DNA of 64,000 bases from Podarcis bocagei. Lineage: Eukaryota. The first letter of the stretch is position 1. Each line of letters opens with the position of its first letter. The notes beneath the pieces were generated by a model. It ran no database searches, was not told the origin of the DNA, and saw only the letters and a list, made by a program, of their open reading frames with translations. Made by a program: the position numbers and the translations under genes. Shown here one piece after another: positions 41,501 through 57,000 of the stretch. The stretch lies in assembly GCA_964188305.1 (NCBI GenBank), contig OZ076889.1. One strand, 5' to 3'.

Positions 41501-44255
41501 ACAGTTAAAAAGGTAGGAGGGAGGATCTATACATAAGGAAAGTAAGTTTGCAAAGTAATATCAATTAAATAGTTACAACAAAATATGGCAGGGGAAAGCA
41601 TCAGCAGGAAATACAGCCCAAACCCTACTAGAATATTCAAATCCAATGCAAACAAAGACTTTAGATGGGGCAAGAAGGCTAGAGAGTGAATTATTTCTCT
41701 CTCATCCTGTGAATGTAGCAGCTTCTGTAAGCTCAACGGGAGGGTGAAGCCTTTTCTTGCCCAGGATTCAACTAACCCCAGAATACCAAGGGCACCAAAA
41801 TGCATTCTCATTTCCCAGTGTTCTGTGTTTGTGACTCCTGCCAACTGAGATTTCCCAAGCCAAAAGGGGCCTGTTTTTATTATTGCGGTGAACAAACTTT
41901 GAGTGCTGGGGACACAAGGGTTCAGGGGCACTCTTTGGTTCTCCACAAGCTGGGCTACAGAAAGCTCCTTACACCTGCAATCTGATCAGCAGACAGTCTC
42001 TGGCATCTGCTGTCAAAAGAAATTTGGTGCTGCCCTTTTGCCTGTCAGCCAGACAACCCCTGGAAAATAATGGGGGGGGGATTGCTTTGTGTCTGACTAA
42101 CATTCTCAGGAGAACAAAACAACTCCCACCTCCAGTTGTGACCAAAGGCAAATGTGGACCTTTCTATGATGCAACTGAAAAATGGATGCTGTTCTAGAGA
42201 GACACATTTCCAAAACTAGGGCACTTTTAGACAAAATTTTATAGTGGAAAACAATAGCTGCTCTCAGGTTATAGGTTAGGGTGCTATAATGAACATAACT
42301 TTGAAATGCAACCTGGTGAGGATCTTTTCTTCTTTTTAAAAATGCCTCTTCCATGTTATAGACTGTTGTTAACACTAGGATCTAGAGTAGGGAGAGGCAA
42401 CCTGATGTCTTTTCCCTGGAAAAGCACCCTGGTCCACTCATGGAGCAACTCTCCTATGGATGCTTCACCTTCTGGTTGGTCACTGTAAGAACAGGATGCT
42501 GGACTAGATGGGTCCTTGGCCTGATCCAGCAAGCTTTTCTTATGCTCTTAACACATGTAGCTTGAGGGAATGGGGCAAGCAGAGGATGGGGCCTCTGGCC
42601 TGCATGTATGCAGAAGATTGAATCTTTCATTCACAGACAGCCTTCAGTTCTCCCCTTTGTGCATAAACACATGCAACTTCTCTGTATCTCAGTGTTGTTA
42701 AGTGGTAGCAGCAGCAACAAAAAATGCAGAAGCCTATCATGCATACATGCGCAGCAGCAGCAGCAATAGCAGCTCAAACATTATGGTCAACCCTTTCAAT
42801 GGATCCATTCCCTACATCAGAAAGAGTAGGCTATCTGCCAATGCATCTGTCTATACATTCTCTCCCCCATTGAAAGGGTTAACTTGGTGCATGCTTATAT
42901 AATGCCAGCGCTCCCAAGCCTTCAGCTCACACTGCCCCATCATGCCTGTGTAGTCTGCCAGCTTGGTACAGTACCTGAGGTTGGAAGAACTTCAGAGTGT
43001 GCAGCGCCAAACACAGGGAAGGGGAACATGAGGAAAGAAGGGAAAGAGAGAACACAGGAATATATAAAACCACAGCACAAACATGGTACATAAACATGGC
43101 AGGCTGAGGCTGTAATAAAGAGAAGGTGTGTTAGTCCTCCATATCCCACGGCTACCCCCAGCCAATCTTTACCATAAATGACAATCCAAACCAACGCAGG
43201 GAGACACAGCTGATTTGGTTTCCTTCACTGTATCTTCATTTCTTGTTCCGCAGTTTGTGGTTTTAAATTCAACAAAATGGGTCTTTCGCATCCTGTCAGC
43301 TTCCATTTGAGTCCCCTAAATGTCAGGACAAATTCTATTCTACTGCAACTTGGCTGCAAGCTCATTATCGATTCTTAGACACTTATGATGGATGAGACAA
43401 TAGGCAATGCAAATAACCACAGGAATACTGTATTTCATTCGCATCCCCCGGCTCAAATAACGTCTGCGAGAAATGGAAGCTGTGGCTTGGATCTTTATTT
43501 CCATTTATAAATGCCTCCCCTGCATCGGTAGGAGAAAAGAAAATTGGCAAGGCTCCCTCTAGGCAACATGCTTTTGTGCAATTCCAAATGCTTAGCTGTG
43601 TATTGCGGAGTGTCTGATGGGCCTAAACGTTCTGCCTATGGAGACTGCTCAACATTCATTAATAATCTGAGTGGTACACATCTCCGCTATTATTTGAAGA
43701 TCCTGCAAAACCTCACTCATGAGATTCCACTGAGGGCCAATTCCCTTGACCCACAAGATCACTACAGTATTTATGAAATCTTTGCTGAATTCCAGTTGTG
43801 TTGCCACATACACTGAGGCAGTCTTGCATTACCAACACCACATGCAGAAGTCAATGTAGTTTTGGGTTTCGCACACTGCTTTGAATACTCACAAAACAAC
43901 AATAATCACAGTATGAAGAATCTTCTGCATCTGGTGGCAGTCTGCACACTGTCACTTTAACACATGACAGCTATGGGTAGAGTTCAGCATGCAAATGAAA
44001 GAGGACCTTGGCTATTAGAATGCTACCAGGAGGGTGTTTTCCTTTTTCTTTTTTAAGCATAAAGCCACAGTTGACCACCTCTGTTGTTCAAACTGTTCAG
44101 TAAGTTCCATTAAATGTTGCAGGGCCTACAGAGCTCTGACTCTCTTTGGCAAAGCAAGTATACTTGGGTATCTTGGAAAGATAAGCAAAGGTTTGGGAGA
44201 AAGAAAGAGTAGTTTTGAGTATATCAGAACTTTTCAGAATATCGTTATTTTATAT

Positions 44256-44295
<40 letters not shown>

Positions 44296-47200
44296 TTGTT
44301 GTTTTAAAGCAAAACCCTGGGAGACACTGGACTCGATTACTGTGATGCAAACAGCATCAGCAATAGAGTAATTGCCTCAATTCAGACATAACAGTAATTC
44401 ATGGTTTGTCATTATGAGAATTAGCCAAGTAGGCTTACTTGTTCCTCCTTCCCCTTCCTTTCTCCACTGAACACAAGGGGAGCAGATTTGAAGCTTTTAC
44501 TTCAAATTTGTGCTAAACCATACGTTTTCATTTCATCTAAATGTGGCAAGCTATGGTTTATGGAAACCATAATTTACAATAAAACTAGGATCTCAAATGA
44601 GAATCTAGCTGTGGTTTGGTATCCCAATTTGATTGTAAAGAATGGTTTGCATGCAACAGTTTGCCACATTCTGTTGAAATGACAAACCATGGTTTGCTGC
44701 AAATCAGAAGAAAAAAATTCTAATTCACCGCTCCCCAGATTTCTTCCACAGAAATTGTTACAAGAAAGCCTTTTTAGACTGCTGTGATTGCTCTTGGGCT
44801 AATTCAAATTACCAGCAACATAACAAATGCATAGCTGCTATACAACAAATCCAGGAAAAATGTGTCTAGAAATAAGATTCTGAACCATTATTTAAATTCT
44901 CCACTCTTCCTCAAAGCAGTTTTGCAAATTCTAAGAAAAATCCAAATTTAGTGCAGGAAGCACCTTCAGAGTTCAAAGGTTGCAGTGCATTCACTAGCTA
45001 TTGTCAACCAGAACATTATCCCCTCCCCCCCTTAATACAGTATGGGAAGAAATATCTGATAACATTATCAGCAAGTGCTATATATAACATACCCGGAACC
45101 TGCCCACTTATAGAAATATGGGAAGCGATTCATTTTTAAAATGTGCATTCAGGGAAATACTTTTCCCACATATTGCCATTCAGGAGATAAAAAGCAAGGG
45201 CTCATTAAATAATGTGAGAGACTGAGCTGAATTTGGGGGTCTTTCTGGAAACGTTACAGAATGTTAAGAGTCAGCTTTGTTTTGCACTCACTTCCCAGAG
45301 GGCTACTGAACTTTCACTTGGCTTGACAGATATTTCACAAAGAGTATTTTATCCTATTACAAGTCTGCTAGTTGTGGCATTTTCCTATGGAGGGTCGTTT
45401 GTTGATTACAGCAGTGATGGGAAAGGCTGTGCGTCTCTAGCTCATTTCTTGCAGTTTTCAGGAGGCTATTGGATGCCTCTGTTTTATACGTTTCTCTATC
45501 AATAAGAAGTATTTAAGCCTGATTAATAGTATATCAAGTTGCAGAGAAGTTCTTACGTTGTGCAAGCTGATCGCCTTACAGAAGAATGAATTATTATTAC
45601 GAAAGCTAACAAAGGATATACAATTTCTATTAAAAGTATTCACATTCTGTCTTCTTTCTTTCAAATGCACATAACTGCTTAATTTTGTAACAAAGCACAT
45701 TCCCATAACTCTCCAACAGTTGGGAGATTTTGTTGGTCTTCATTCCCTGGCATATACAACCGTAAAGACTATTACCATGTAGGAAACCTTTTCCCTAGAA
45801 AGTACCATTTCCTTAGCATAAATGAAAAGAAATAATTGTAGAACATATTGTAGATTATCCTCTAAAAACTTCTACATCACAGTCTTAATTGTACTCTAAT
45901 ATCTCATTGCAAAAATACTTGTCTTCTGGGCAGTGCAGTTCTGTCCTGGGGAGGCGGGGAACAGACTGCATGGCAGAGCAACTGTTGTATCCACAGCCCT
46001 GTCAGAATCTGCCCAAAGTCACTCAATGAATTTTATTGCCAAGCCCTTATTGAAGTCAACAACTGGCAGCCTTGTCCAATACCCCTAAGAACTTTTGCTA
46101 GCCTTAATAAAAAACTCTCTCTCTCTTTTTGCTTCTCTCAGAATGGATGGGTATTTTGATCAAGCAGCATCATTGGTTGAACAAAATGGCCCCCTCACCG
46201 CATTTATTTTGTAAGCAGTGCAACAGGAGAGGTGGTGTCTTCTGGACAGAGGGTCATGAAGGGCAGAAAAATAAGGGACTTACCCGAGGTAGCAAACAAA
46301 GCTCTTCCCAGCAGGCTGCTGGCAGCCATTTTCTTCTGCCAGAATCTATCTGGGAACGACAGTAGGTGATGACAAAGTGTCATTCCCACGAGACTTCTGG
46401 GATGAAAATGGCGACTGCTATACCAAAGTACTGCATTATCACGTAAGGTTGTTTTCATATGGGTTCTAGTAAAAGAAAAGGTGATCTTCCAACCAGAAAC
46501 CACTGGAAATAATTCTATTCTACTGCTGTGAAACTGCCAAGGAAAAGGGAGTAAGCAAAGGGAGATGCCATGGTGCCAGGGGTGTGCCTACTGACCCCAA
46601 GTGGCCTGGGTGTTTCCTAAAAGGCTAGAAAAGGACAGGAAGGAGATAAAACCTGCAAGGGGCTTTTAGGGGCAAGGAACCTAGTTTGGGAGTGGGGTTA
46701 GTTTGGAACCTGGCTGGAAGCTAGGAGACACCCAATGTGGAGTGTTGGTGGTGTTGGAGTCATGGGGTTCTGTTCAAACCCTTTGCCCTCTTGAGTTGCT
46801 GTTTTAAGCTTGCATCAGTATAGCCTGCTTGCCCAAAAGCCAGTTCTTCTCTACTTGTTTAGTGCAAATCTGGTATACCCTAACCTGAAAAACATGTCAA
46901 GTTTCAAAAAAGGGAGAAAATTATACTTAATGGACCTGTGAGTGGGCAGATACATAGCGAGCCAATCAACACAACATACAAGAAGCTGGAAGCTAATGTC
47001 AGTAAAATAAAAACTTGAGAGCTGCTTAAAATCTGAAATTATTATGGCAAGCAAGGTGGTGGTGGTGAAAATGATTGCCTATCAAAGCAATTGTTTTCCT
47101 GATTTACAGTCTAGCTCTTATTGCATTGAAAGAATGGCAATCTATTACAAATAAGTACATTGAAAGGTAAAAATAAACCTCAAGTAAAGCAATCTACTTT

Positions 47201-50200
47201 GCAAAAGATCCAGCAGTGCCAAACACAAACAGTTACTGGCATGTTAGTCAACTTTGAAACCTGTTAATATTGGATAAAATAATGTCACAAACATATATTT
47301 GAGAATCAGAAAGTGAGAGAGAGAGATGTAGACAGAGAGAATGAATTACTATTATTGCCTTAAAAACTTGAATGGGTTAAAAAAAGGATGATTAATTTTA
47401 AAATCTAAAAACTTAATTTATTATTTTTTAAATTGGTATACCACTCCATACACACAGGTATTTAGATGAAAAATAACTAAATTATAAATACTAAGTTTCT
47501 CATAATCATCTAGTTTGACATTAAGTAATGAGGCTACAGGCATGCTTGTCCACCCTTGAATTGATCAACTAGCCTGGTTGCTCTAGGCAACAAGGAATTC
47601 CATGCAGGCAAGTGAGTGGGATGGCCAATGGTGGAAGAACTACTGTACATCTCCTTTGCCAAACCCAAGGAGCCTATTGAGGTTCTCTCTCTCTTTTTTT
47701 TGCAAACTCATAGTTACAGTGGTGTGTTAACTCTACAGTCAATCTCTAACCGCATGTCTTCTACCCGATAAAGATGGCTTTTATATGTAAATGAAAAACC
47801 AAGCTGATCGTTTCTCACTAATGAAGATTTACACTCCGCCTACCAAACATAGGCACTTTATCTTCACCAGATGAAAATAAACTGCTTTAGTCTGCCCAAT
47901 AACAATGAGTCCTGCTTTGATCTATCAGCCATAAGCACTTCATTTTTTTTTGCTACTCCCCCCTCCCACTGCCCCGTGAGGGTGCGGCTGGGCAAGTGAA
48001 GCAGAAAGGAGCAATACTGGAAAGAAGAACTGAAGTCCACATTGTACGGGTGTGAAGGTTCCTATATTTCTATCCTTAGGATACAGCCATAAACACATTT
48101 ACTTGAAGAAAGCCCCTTTGAAGTCAAGGCTACTTGCTTCTAAGTAAACATGCAGAATTGTGCTGTTAACCTTGCAAACTGTCATCTGCATAGTTTCAGA
48201 AAGAATCTATACGGAAATATTTTAAAGATATTCTTTCTATTGGTAAAAGAAAAACATGCAAAATGCATATTGTTTGATTATGGGAGGCAAGGCCTGGTTG
48301 CAAAACTGAAACAATAGTATAATTAATGCTCTGTTTCAGACATAGGGAAGTTGTTGTTCTCCAAACATTGTTGGACTCCAGTTCCCATCAGCCCCAGCTA
48401 GTATGGCCAATGGTCAGGGATGATGGGAGCTGGAGTCTAACATCCAGAGGGCTACATTTCCCCTATTCCTGCTTTAACTAGTTGTAAATGAACATGGTCT
48501 ACTGGTAAGATCTGCATCACACTTTAGGAAATATGAGACGAAATATAAATGGGAAACTTGATTCAATGACAGCCTTTTCCTTGCTTATTTAAATAATTTG
48601 AATCGCCTTGGTTTAAATCAGTCCACCCTGTCTAAAATTAGCAACTGTATGCCAAGAGTGATGCTTAGCCATTGGTACCTTCAAACAACCTGCTGGATAA
48701 AGATATCTTTTAGACCCAAATGATGCAACTAACTATTTTGAAAAACAATGCAGGATATATATGATACCCCTGAACTGCTTTTCTGCAACGCACTCATTAT
48801 TTAAAAATAATACAGCTAAATCCATCATTCTTGAATATAAATACTGAATTTAACACCAATAAAACACAATGGAAACGTTAATACATAGGACAGCACCGCT
48901 ATTTAAAAATGTGGCTGGGGTAAAAAGGAAACACATTCAAATTATTTGAATACATTTGATGAACAACAAAGGTTATTAAAAGCTCATTCTTCCAGTATTT
49001 GCACTGAAAAAAGTACTTAATAGAAGCTTAAAGGAAAGCTGACTATAGAATAAAATCGAGAGGTTTTGCATAAAAGCTGCTTTGCAATTTCTGTTATCAG
49101 CTGTTCCTTTGAAACACACAATCCTTTTAAAACGTCTTTTATAGTGGGGAAATCTGTATTCTCACATAGCAGGAGAAATAATTTATGGTAAATCATTTGA
49201 CAAAGGAGAAGCAGCGGGAAATGACGTGGAATCTTTTATCAATGTTATCTTGCACCTTTTGAAAAAAGAGAGTATGCCTACAGTACAGGGACAGGCTAGG
49301 GACTGGGGAAAGAAATGAAGACTTGAAAATTTTCACATGAGGCAGAGATGCAAAGGACAGGCAGCATGAGGCACTTGTACTTATTTATTTCATAAAATTT
49401 ATACTCGACTTGATTGTTAAAAACTCCAGGTGGTTGTACTTCCTGTCACCCCCAGCATCAATGCCACTCCAAAAGCTGTTGTGTGGACATTCTAAATCAT
49501 GTGACTAATGTCATGTGGAGATGTCCTCTGAATCCAGTGGAAAGCCTACATTTCTCAGATCTTCCCCTGATGTGTGGTCAGGACTGGCAGGGGAAGCAAC
49601 AGCTGGAGTGGAGCCAATGGGTGCTCTCCTACTCCACACAATGTTAATCACACAATTTAGAACTCCCACATAGAGCTACATGGAACTTCACAAGTAGTTT
49701 TGATAAGGATTTTATATGGCAATGGGACATAATGATTAAGAGAGCTACTTTTGTGGGACGGGGAGGGGGCATATTTAAGAGGCTGCAAATGATTCTTGCT
49801 CAATTTACAGCAGGCCAAGACCTCACACGTCAGAGGCTGGTTTTTATATAGGCGTGTGTGGATTCTGAAATACTCTTGAATGCGGCTCCTATGCCCAGCT
49901 TGGCAGGGCACACCTCTCTCACCCCAGTTACACTGGCATCATGTTCTCACTTACCTTCATTCAGTGGAAGTGGTGACTCCCCCGTGGCAGGCTCACCTTC
50001 CCCAATCTGTGTCCTGCCACGCAGGTTGAATCTATAGCGTGATATGGGATCCGTCCTCTGGAGTATAAACTTTGTCTGATTAGGAGAGAAGTTTTCCACC
50101 ACTGTTCTGCCACTTTTGGATCCATTAACTGGAGAGAGAGGCAGGCTGTGTAGGCTTCAGTCTTGTTTTGAGAAACATGCTATGCTATGCATCTCACCAC

Positions 50201-53200
50201 TTCTCAGTCTAGGATTACACCTGACAAAAGCACTGGCTTTGTTTAAAATGGGGAATGTTCATTTTAGAGGACTTTTAAGCAATAACGGCTGGGGAATGTT
50301 AGGCATTCAAGAAGGAAGAACTTTAATTAAGCTAATTAAACTTTTAGCTCCCATGTAGGCCAAAGATAATACACCATGTTAGTTTTGCAGGGGCTTTCAA
50401 GTCAGTCAGGGATTTGTTATGGTGGAGAGCTTTTGCACTAATTATTTGAGCAAAAATTACGTTGTTCATGCATTTTCCAACAGTTAGAGGCAGGAGATTT
50501 TAGGAAGTTAGATGCATGCTTGTTCAAATTCTATCAAGGGGTGGGAAGGAGGTACATTTTCAGGTGCCACTGGCCATATTCTTGGAAATATCTTCTTATG
50601 TAAATAACATTTAACTAAAGAATCAAAATGATCAGTAAGAAAATTAGTCACATGTGTCTGGAAATTAGCCTGTTAGTGATTCCTATGAAATCTTCCTGCA
50701 CTAAGATATGCAATTCAGCTCCCAAAGAAATTCTAAATCCTGAATTCCTGATTTCCCCTCCACTGATTTATTAGTATTGTTTTTTCTAATTCCAGATAAA
50801 TTAGATTCTAAATCCTGGTTAATAAAGAGACAACAAACAAAAACAAGCACAGGACATACAGGCTTGGTATCTAAGGGTGTATCCAATAAGAATGCCATTG
50901 GGGTGTTCAGGGTGTTCCCATTCCATAGTGATGGTTTCCAGGTTTGGTTGGCGGATTCGGAAATACCTTGGGGGACTGGGTGCTTCAGGGAAAGATGGGT
51001 CCAAGAGAGAAAAGGGAAGAGGAAAAAGACGTATAAGGTAAGGTAACTTAGAAGGCAGACTGGTCAAGAGTATGCATATAGAAAAGTTTGAGTCTGGTGG
51101 CATGGAGAACTTGGTAGGAGTGTACAAGATGGTTTCAGTGCAACACAATCATACTTGCATATCCATTAACAGGAACCTATCCTACTGTTTCATAGTTGTA
51201 CAAATTTAGTCGTTGGTGCACGTGTTGTGCTTCCTTCTGTGGGCTAAGCCACACCTTTCAGCTTGTCTATTGCCAGATGCAGTTTTCATATAATTAAAAA
51301 CTTACAGCTCTTACTCTTGCCTGGAACTGTACAGATAACCTAATATGTATTTCATCATTCTATCTCTTTGGGATGGTGCCTTCTTGGCCCATTTGCTTTC
51401 ATCACATCTAAAGTCCCTCACCATAACCAGCTCTGCTTCCTATGCTCAAAGCACACAAAGCTTATCTGAGCACAAATCACAACACTCAACTTTGAGCAAC
51501 AGGAGCCACATTTTATCCATGATGCTTCATGCAACCAAAGCCAAGGCCATCTAAGTCCTGTTGATGTTGATGTGAGAGTCGAGCAGTGGGGGCTCGCAGG
51601 CAGGGTATTGGAGTATGTAGGAAGAGGCTGCTGCAGAAAGACCCTCTCCTGCCATGCCCCCCTTTACGGGCAGGTATATGGGTCAGAGAGTAAAAAAAGA
51701 CAGCTTCACAAATGATGTCAAGAAAATTGCTTTTATAAAGGTAGTTTCCGTCTATGCTTCTTAAAAAGACTGCTTGGAAGGAAATTTACTTGATAAAGGA
51801 GATTTGCTCAAAATGCATTAGGAACTCAATCATTTGTGAAGCTGTTTCTTTGTGTGGGTGTTTGGTCTTTTCCTACAGATGTTTTTAATCCTCCTTTGCC
51901 TGCTGCCTGGATGAGATCCACATATGTGTGGAACTGCTGACTGACCCAATGGATGCAGGGCTCTCACCTCCCTGCATCACAATGAAATGGAATGGATTTT
52001 TTAAATGCCTTTTCAATATGCAGCTGGTCAGAGTTTTATGCTGAAACTTCCAGGGCTTACCAGTATAATTCTATGCATATCAAAAGAGCATTTAGCAAGT
52101 AGGTAAGTATGGGACACGGGTGGGGCTGTGGGTTAAACCACAGAGCCTAGGACTTGCCAATCGAAAGGTCGGCAGTTTGAATCCCCGTGACGGGGTGAGC
52201 TCCCGTTGCTCAGTCCCTGCTCCTGCCAACCTAGCAGTTTGAAAGCATGCCAAAGTGCAAGTAGATAAATAGGAAGGTAAATGGCGTTTCCGTGCGCTGC
52301 TCTGGTTCGCCAGAAGTGGCTTAGTCATGCTGGCCACATGACCCGGAAGCTGTACGCCGGCTGCCTCGGCCAATAAAGCGAGATGAGCGCCACAACCCCA
52401 GAGTCGGTCACGACTGGACCTAATGGTCAGGGGTCCCTTTACCTTTTAAGTGCACTCAAGCAGTGGACCCAGTTCAAGCTTCTGTGTGATACATATAAAT
52501 GCACAATTTGGCTCACTAGCAAGGCAGAAATCAGATTTCATTCAATCCGGTTACCAAAACCAGCAACAGCTGGGGGGGGGGGGGACCCCAGGATTTCATT
52601 TTCTAAACATTACAACTGGAATGAATTCTTGGAAGAATCTTCAAGAACAAAGATATCTGTCTGGTGTGCAATTCTGTGGTTTTAAGTATCTCTAGAATCA
52701 TAAAGGCACTGGTGCTTATCAGTCAAAGCATGGTCCATTAGAGTGATATGAGATGGCAACTGTAAACATTAAAGAAGCTTTCACTGCTAGTTATGAGAAC
52801 TGATGAAAAGCTATTGATCTAGCTGTGAAAGCAAATACAGGCAGTACTCTCAATTCTACCATAAAATCTATCCTTGAGTATGTTAAGAATCAGATGGAAT
52901 TTGTAGAGTTAGGTAGTAATTGCAACATAAAACCCTTCCATAGATCATACTGCCACGTGCGGCAATGGATCTCATGACTGTTCCAATTTTACAGAATAAA
53001 GCTAAGAGAGACTTGTCTGAGAATATTTAAGAGGACAAACAGTAGAGCTAGCAATAAAACCTGGTGTCAAAAGTCAGTGCATCATGCTCTGCCTAACTCA
53101 ACCATTTTCAGTTAGTTTCCTTGTGCATTCATTTGTCTATCATAATCTATTATGTATTATGAGTCTGAAGCTGGTGAAAAACAACCCCATGAATCAGAAC

Positions 53201-54035
53201 AGCCTCAGTCCTTAGGGCTTCACTGTGTTGACTTTTGCCTTGCTCCACACTGCAGGAGCACACAGTAATCTGGCAGCTGAAGCCAGCCTAACTATTCATT
53301 TCAAGTGGAAAATCCTTTTTGAAGTCTTTATCGGGACCGATGACACAGAACCTAAGGAGCTCTAAGGCTCTCAATAAGACCGTGTTCTGTTCTACCTTCT
53401 TATTTCACACATAAAAGGATGGGATTCTGCCAAACTGGGCCAATATTATGCAGAGACCTACCTCCTTCAGGCATTGTGAACTCCAGAGTTTCACTTCGAG
53501 GCCCATCTCCTCTCCCGTTGACTACAACCATCTCCAGTTTGTAGTTGCTGTAAGGAAACAGTCGGGACACTATGCCCCGTGTCCGGTCTCCAGTAAAACC
53601 CATAGACTGCTTTTTCTTAGAGACCCATAGATTCTTCAGCAAACTACTTTCTCTCCAGAAGTAGGCCTTCAAGAAACATGCAAGGTGAGTGATGTTTTTC
53701 CCCTTTGAGTGTTAACTGGATTTCAAGGACAAAGTCACTATGGATCTTCTTCCACGCAAGGATTAGTTCGATCTCACCAGCCATTCCACAGGGGAGGAGG
53801 AAGTCAATACTGTTTATTGCTCATTTTACAGATGGGGAGACTGAGACATATGGAAGCTGACTCTTGGTCAAGACCAATTCGGCAGATTATGCAATGGCTA
53901 ACAAAGAACTGCCCCCTCAGCAAAGACCAGGCTTCTAGGCTTCAAACTGCAGTCTTCCCTCATCTCTCACTGATTATTATTATTATTAGTAGTAGTAGTA
54001 GAATGAAATTTTAATTTGTCAAGAATCACTCATGG

Positions 54036-54081
<46 letters not shown>

Positions 54082-57000
54082 CCAGACTCCAGTACAGAGG
54101 CAGAAACAAAACAAAATATATCCTATGAATGAAAATTCTCAAATCTGAGAAATGTGCAAATGCTTCAAATATATTTTATTATTTATTTTATTTATTAGAT
54201 TTATATCCCGCCCCTTATCCAAAGATCCCAGGGAAGTGATATAAATCAATTTTGAAAGAAAGTATTTCGCTGCTGATTTGTGTGAGTTTTTGCTTGTTTT
54301 CTGTTTGGTAAGACAGAAAACAGAGAGAGAGGGGGGAAAACCATGAACTTGAGGACAGAACATGTTTGGGCTTTCTGGAGACATTTTTTATTATCCCTGA
54401 GCACAATCCTTGAATTCTGACTAGGCCGAAACAGAACTTTAGTGTATTGATTAATGACATGCTAAATACACACTGGGGATGACATAGAAGTCAGGGGAAA
54501 CTGCTCTAGGAGCTGATTTTCTTAACCACATTAAAAACAGTTTGTTGGTTTTGTTTTGTAAGCAGAAAGACCTCATAAGATAGCAGCTACTTGGAACTCT
54601 CTGTTTCTAACTGACTGAGCAATAACTGGATGTTCACAACTAGGGGTGCTTCCAGACAGGCTGCTCATTCAGAAAAATATATATGTTATCTCACACTTTC
54701 TAGTGCAATTACTCTGTTACTTTTCTCACTGAAAAAGAAAAGTAATTGACAAGTGTTCTAGAAAGTATGGAGTAACAGTCGCTATCCGGCAACCTTGTAG
54801 AACCTCCGTACAAACATATCAGCATGAATGCTCAATGAACACCTGGTCTAGAAGTTCCCTAGAGATGTCTAGAATGTATAGTGTGTACTTTGGATATGGT
54901 TGGCTAGGAAGGTACCTGATGTGTTGCCCTATGCATGATCAGAATGTTACACGGCTTCTAATGCTTACGGGAAGCACATTTTTGCTTTCCAAATGGTAGA
55001 AAAATATCTCTCAATAGCACAACTTTAGAACATGAAATACAACAGGTTAAAAAAATGTGCCAGTCCATAAGAACGGAGAATCTAAATTGTAATAAACGCA
55101 GAAATCAAATTTATTTTTGCACATATGTATATGAGTCTTTGAAATGAAGACTTTTTTTGCTTTCAATTCAAGGCTAAGTACAAACTCATGATTTTGAATC
55201 AGGAAGAAGCCAATTAACATTCAAAAGATCAAAACAGGCTTTCTTCAAAATAGGGGACGAAGAATTGCTAAAATCGAATTTGGATTGGATTCCCTATTGA
55301 AAAAGAGCAATTAAAAAAATGCTTTGTCTCTCTGGTCTCCCTTCTTCATTCCCCCAGCCCTACACCCCCCCCCAAAAAAAACCCCAACCCTTCAAAACAA
55401 ATCACAGAATTATTTTCTTGGTGGATTCTTGGAGGAAACCACAATTGGCACACTAGTTTAAAACTGCTTAAATTTCAAGGAAAAGGCTGGTCTCCTTGCC
55501 TAAGCTCTTTGAAGTGGGTGGAGGGGATATATACAACTGGTAATAATATTTTGGTTTCTGTATCTCAGCAATGCCCTTACATATCTGTACTTTATCACCC
55601 GCGCACCAACACAACTGCAAATACTTATTGCCTGCATAATAATAGTTTTCAATGCCATTTAGCAATTTCTGGGTGTTTCATGTCATCTCCATTGTGTAAA
55701 AGACAATGTAACCATCAGTCATCATTAGTGTTGGGTGTTAGCCACATTAATGTGATTGGGTTTTGGTTTTGCTCACTCTGTATTCCTTAAGTTGTCCCTG
55801 GACGGTTTCCGGGTACACTCTACTCCATTGCAGGCTGATTGCTGTGCTGTTTACAACTTTGAGTCTAATATCAGTGGGAGCGGCCTTAGGATCTAAGTTG
55901 CCAAGAATAAAGCAAAGCAGATATTAAGCATACACAGAAATTTGAAGAAAATCCCCATTTCCCTCCCTAGATGCTGCAGTGGTTTACCCAAAGAAAATCA
56001 TGTAAACAGGAGGCTGCTCTTAAACATTGCTGCCATCATGTGGAGATAGAAAGCAATTTCAAGTGTACATTTTTGACAAGCGTTTGCATGATGGAGGGAT
56101 CTATTCTACTCTGGTGCCAGTTTCCTATATTTCTCACATTTCTCTTTTCTGCCTACCTCACCAGTGCACTCACAATGTTACAGTGCCCTCATAGGTTTTC
56201 ACAGTTTACCTGACGAACAGAAAACTGCCAACTCTAGAGATTTATACAAATGCCTTTTAAATTAGAGGTGTTTGATTCACAACAAATCAAGTTCATGCTG
56301 TACCCATAAAATCATTTACAACTGAAAGTCCCCACAAGCAGTAGTAAGCAATTTCAGATGGAGAAATGCCCATTTAAGAGGAGAACACTTCACAGCACAG
56401 GCGAGCAGCAGGTCTTAAATTTCAGCTTCAGAACTGTCTCTTTGAGAGAGATTTGCAGAATATTGATATGGCAAATATTTCCATAGGAACCGATGAGGTA
56501 AATTTCTTTATCCAGCAGTTGTTAACCCAGAGAAAAGTTACTCCTGTTGCAGGGAATAAGTGCAGAAACATTTTGTCCATAGCTTTAAGGAGAGTTGGTG
56601 GCCTGACAGAGACATATTTGACTCCAGGTGTTGTTGAGCTGCATCTCCCTTAGCCCTTGACCATTAAAAGCACTGAGATGGGCCGATGCAGTTCAGTAAC
56701 ACACCTGGAAGGTACCATGTTGGGTACCAGTGGTTTAGACACTTGCTACTTCTCTCGGCACTTCTGTTCAAACAGATTTTACTGATTTTTGAAACAATCC
56801 CAAACCCGCCCCCCCCCCTGCAAAACCTGTTTATAAGATAGAACAGTGGGAAAGTATACATGCCATGAACAACCAAGCTTGTTTCATATCACTCAGCACT
56901 ATAAAAACAAACAAACCCCACACAACCACTCTGCCTTAAGTAAAAGGCGGTATGTGATTAAAGAGGTTTCTAGGGAAGCGTTTGGCCTATTGACTGCTTA

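Noticed and set aside
46560-46810. G-rich segment, possibly an LTR remnant
   Set aside because: I could not identify termini, a TSD or a family
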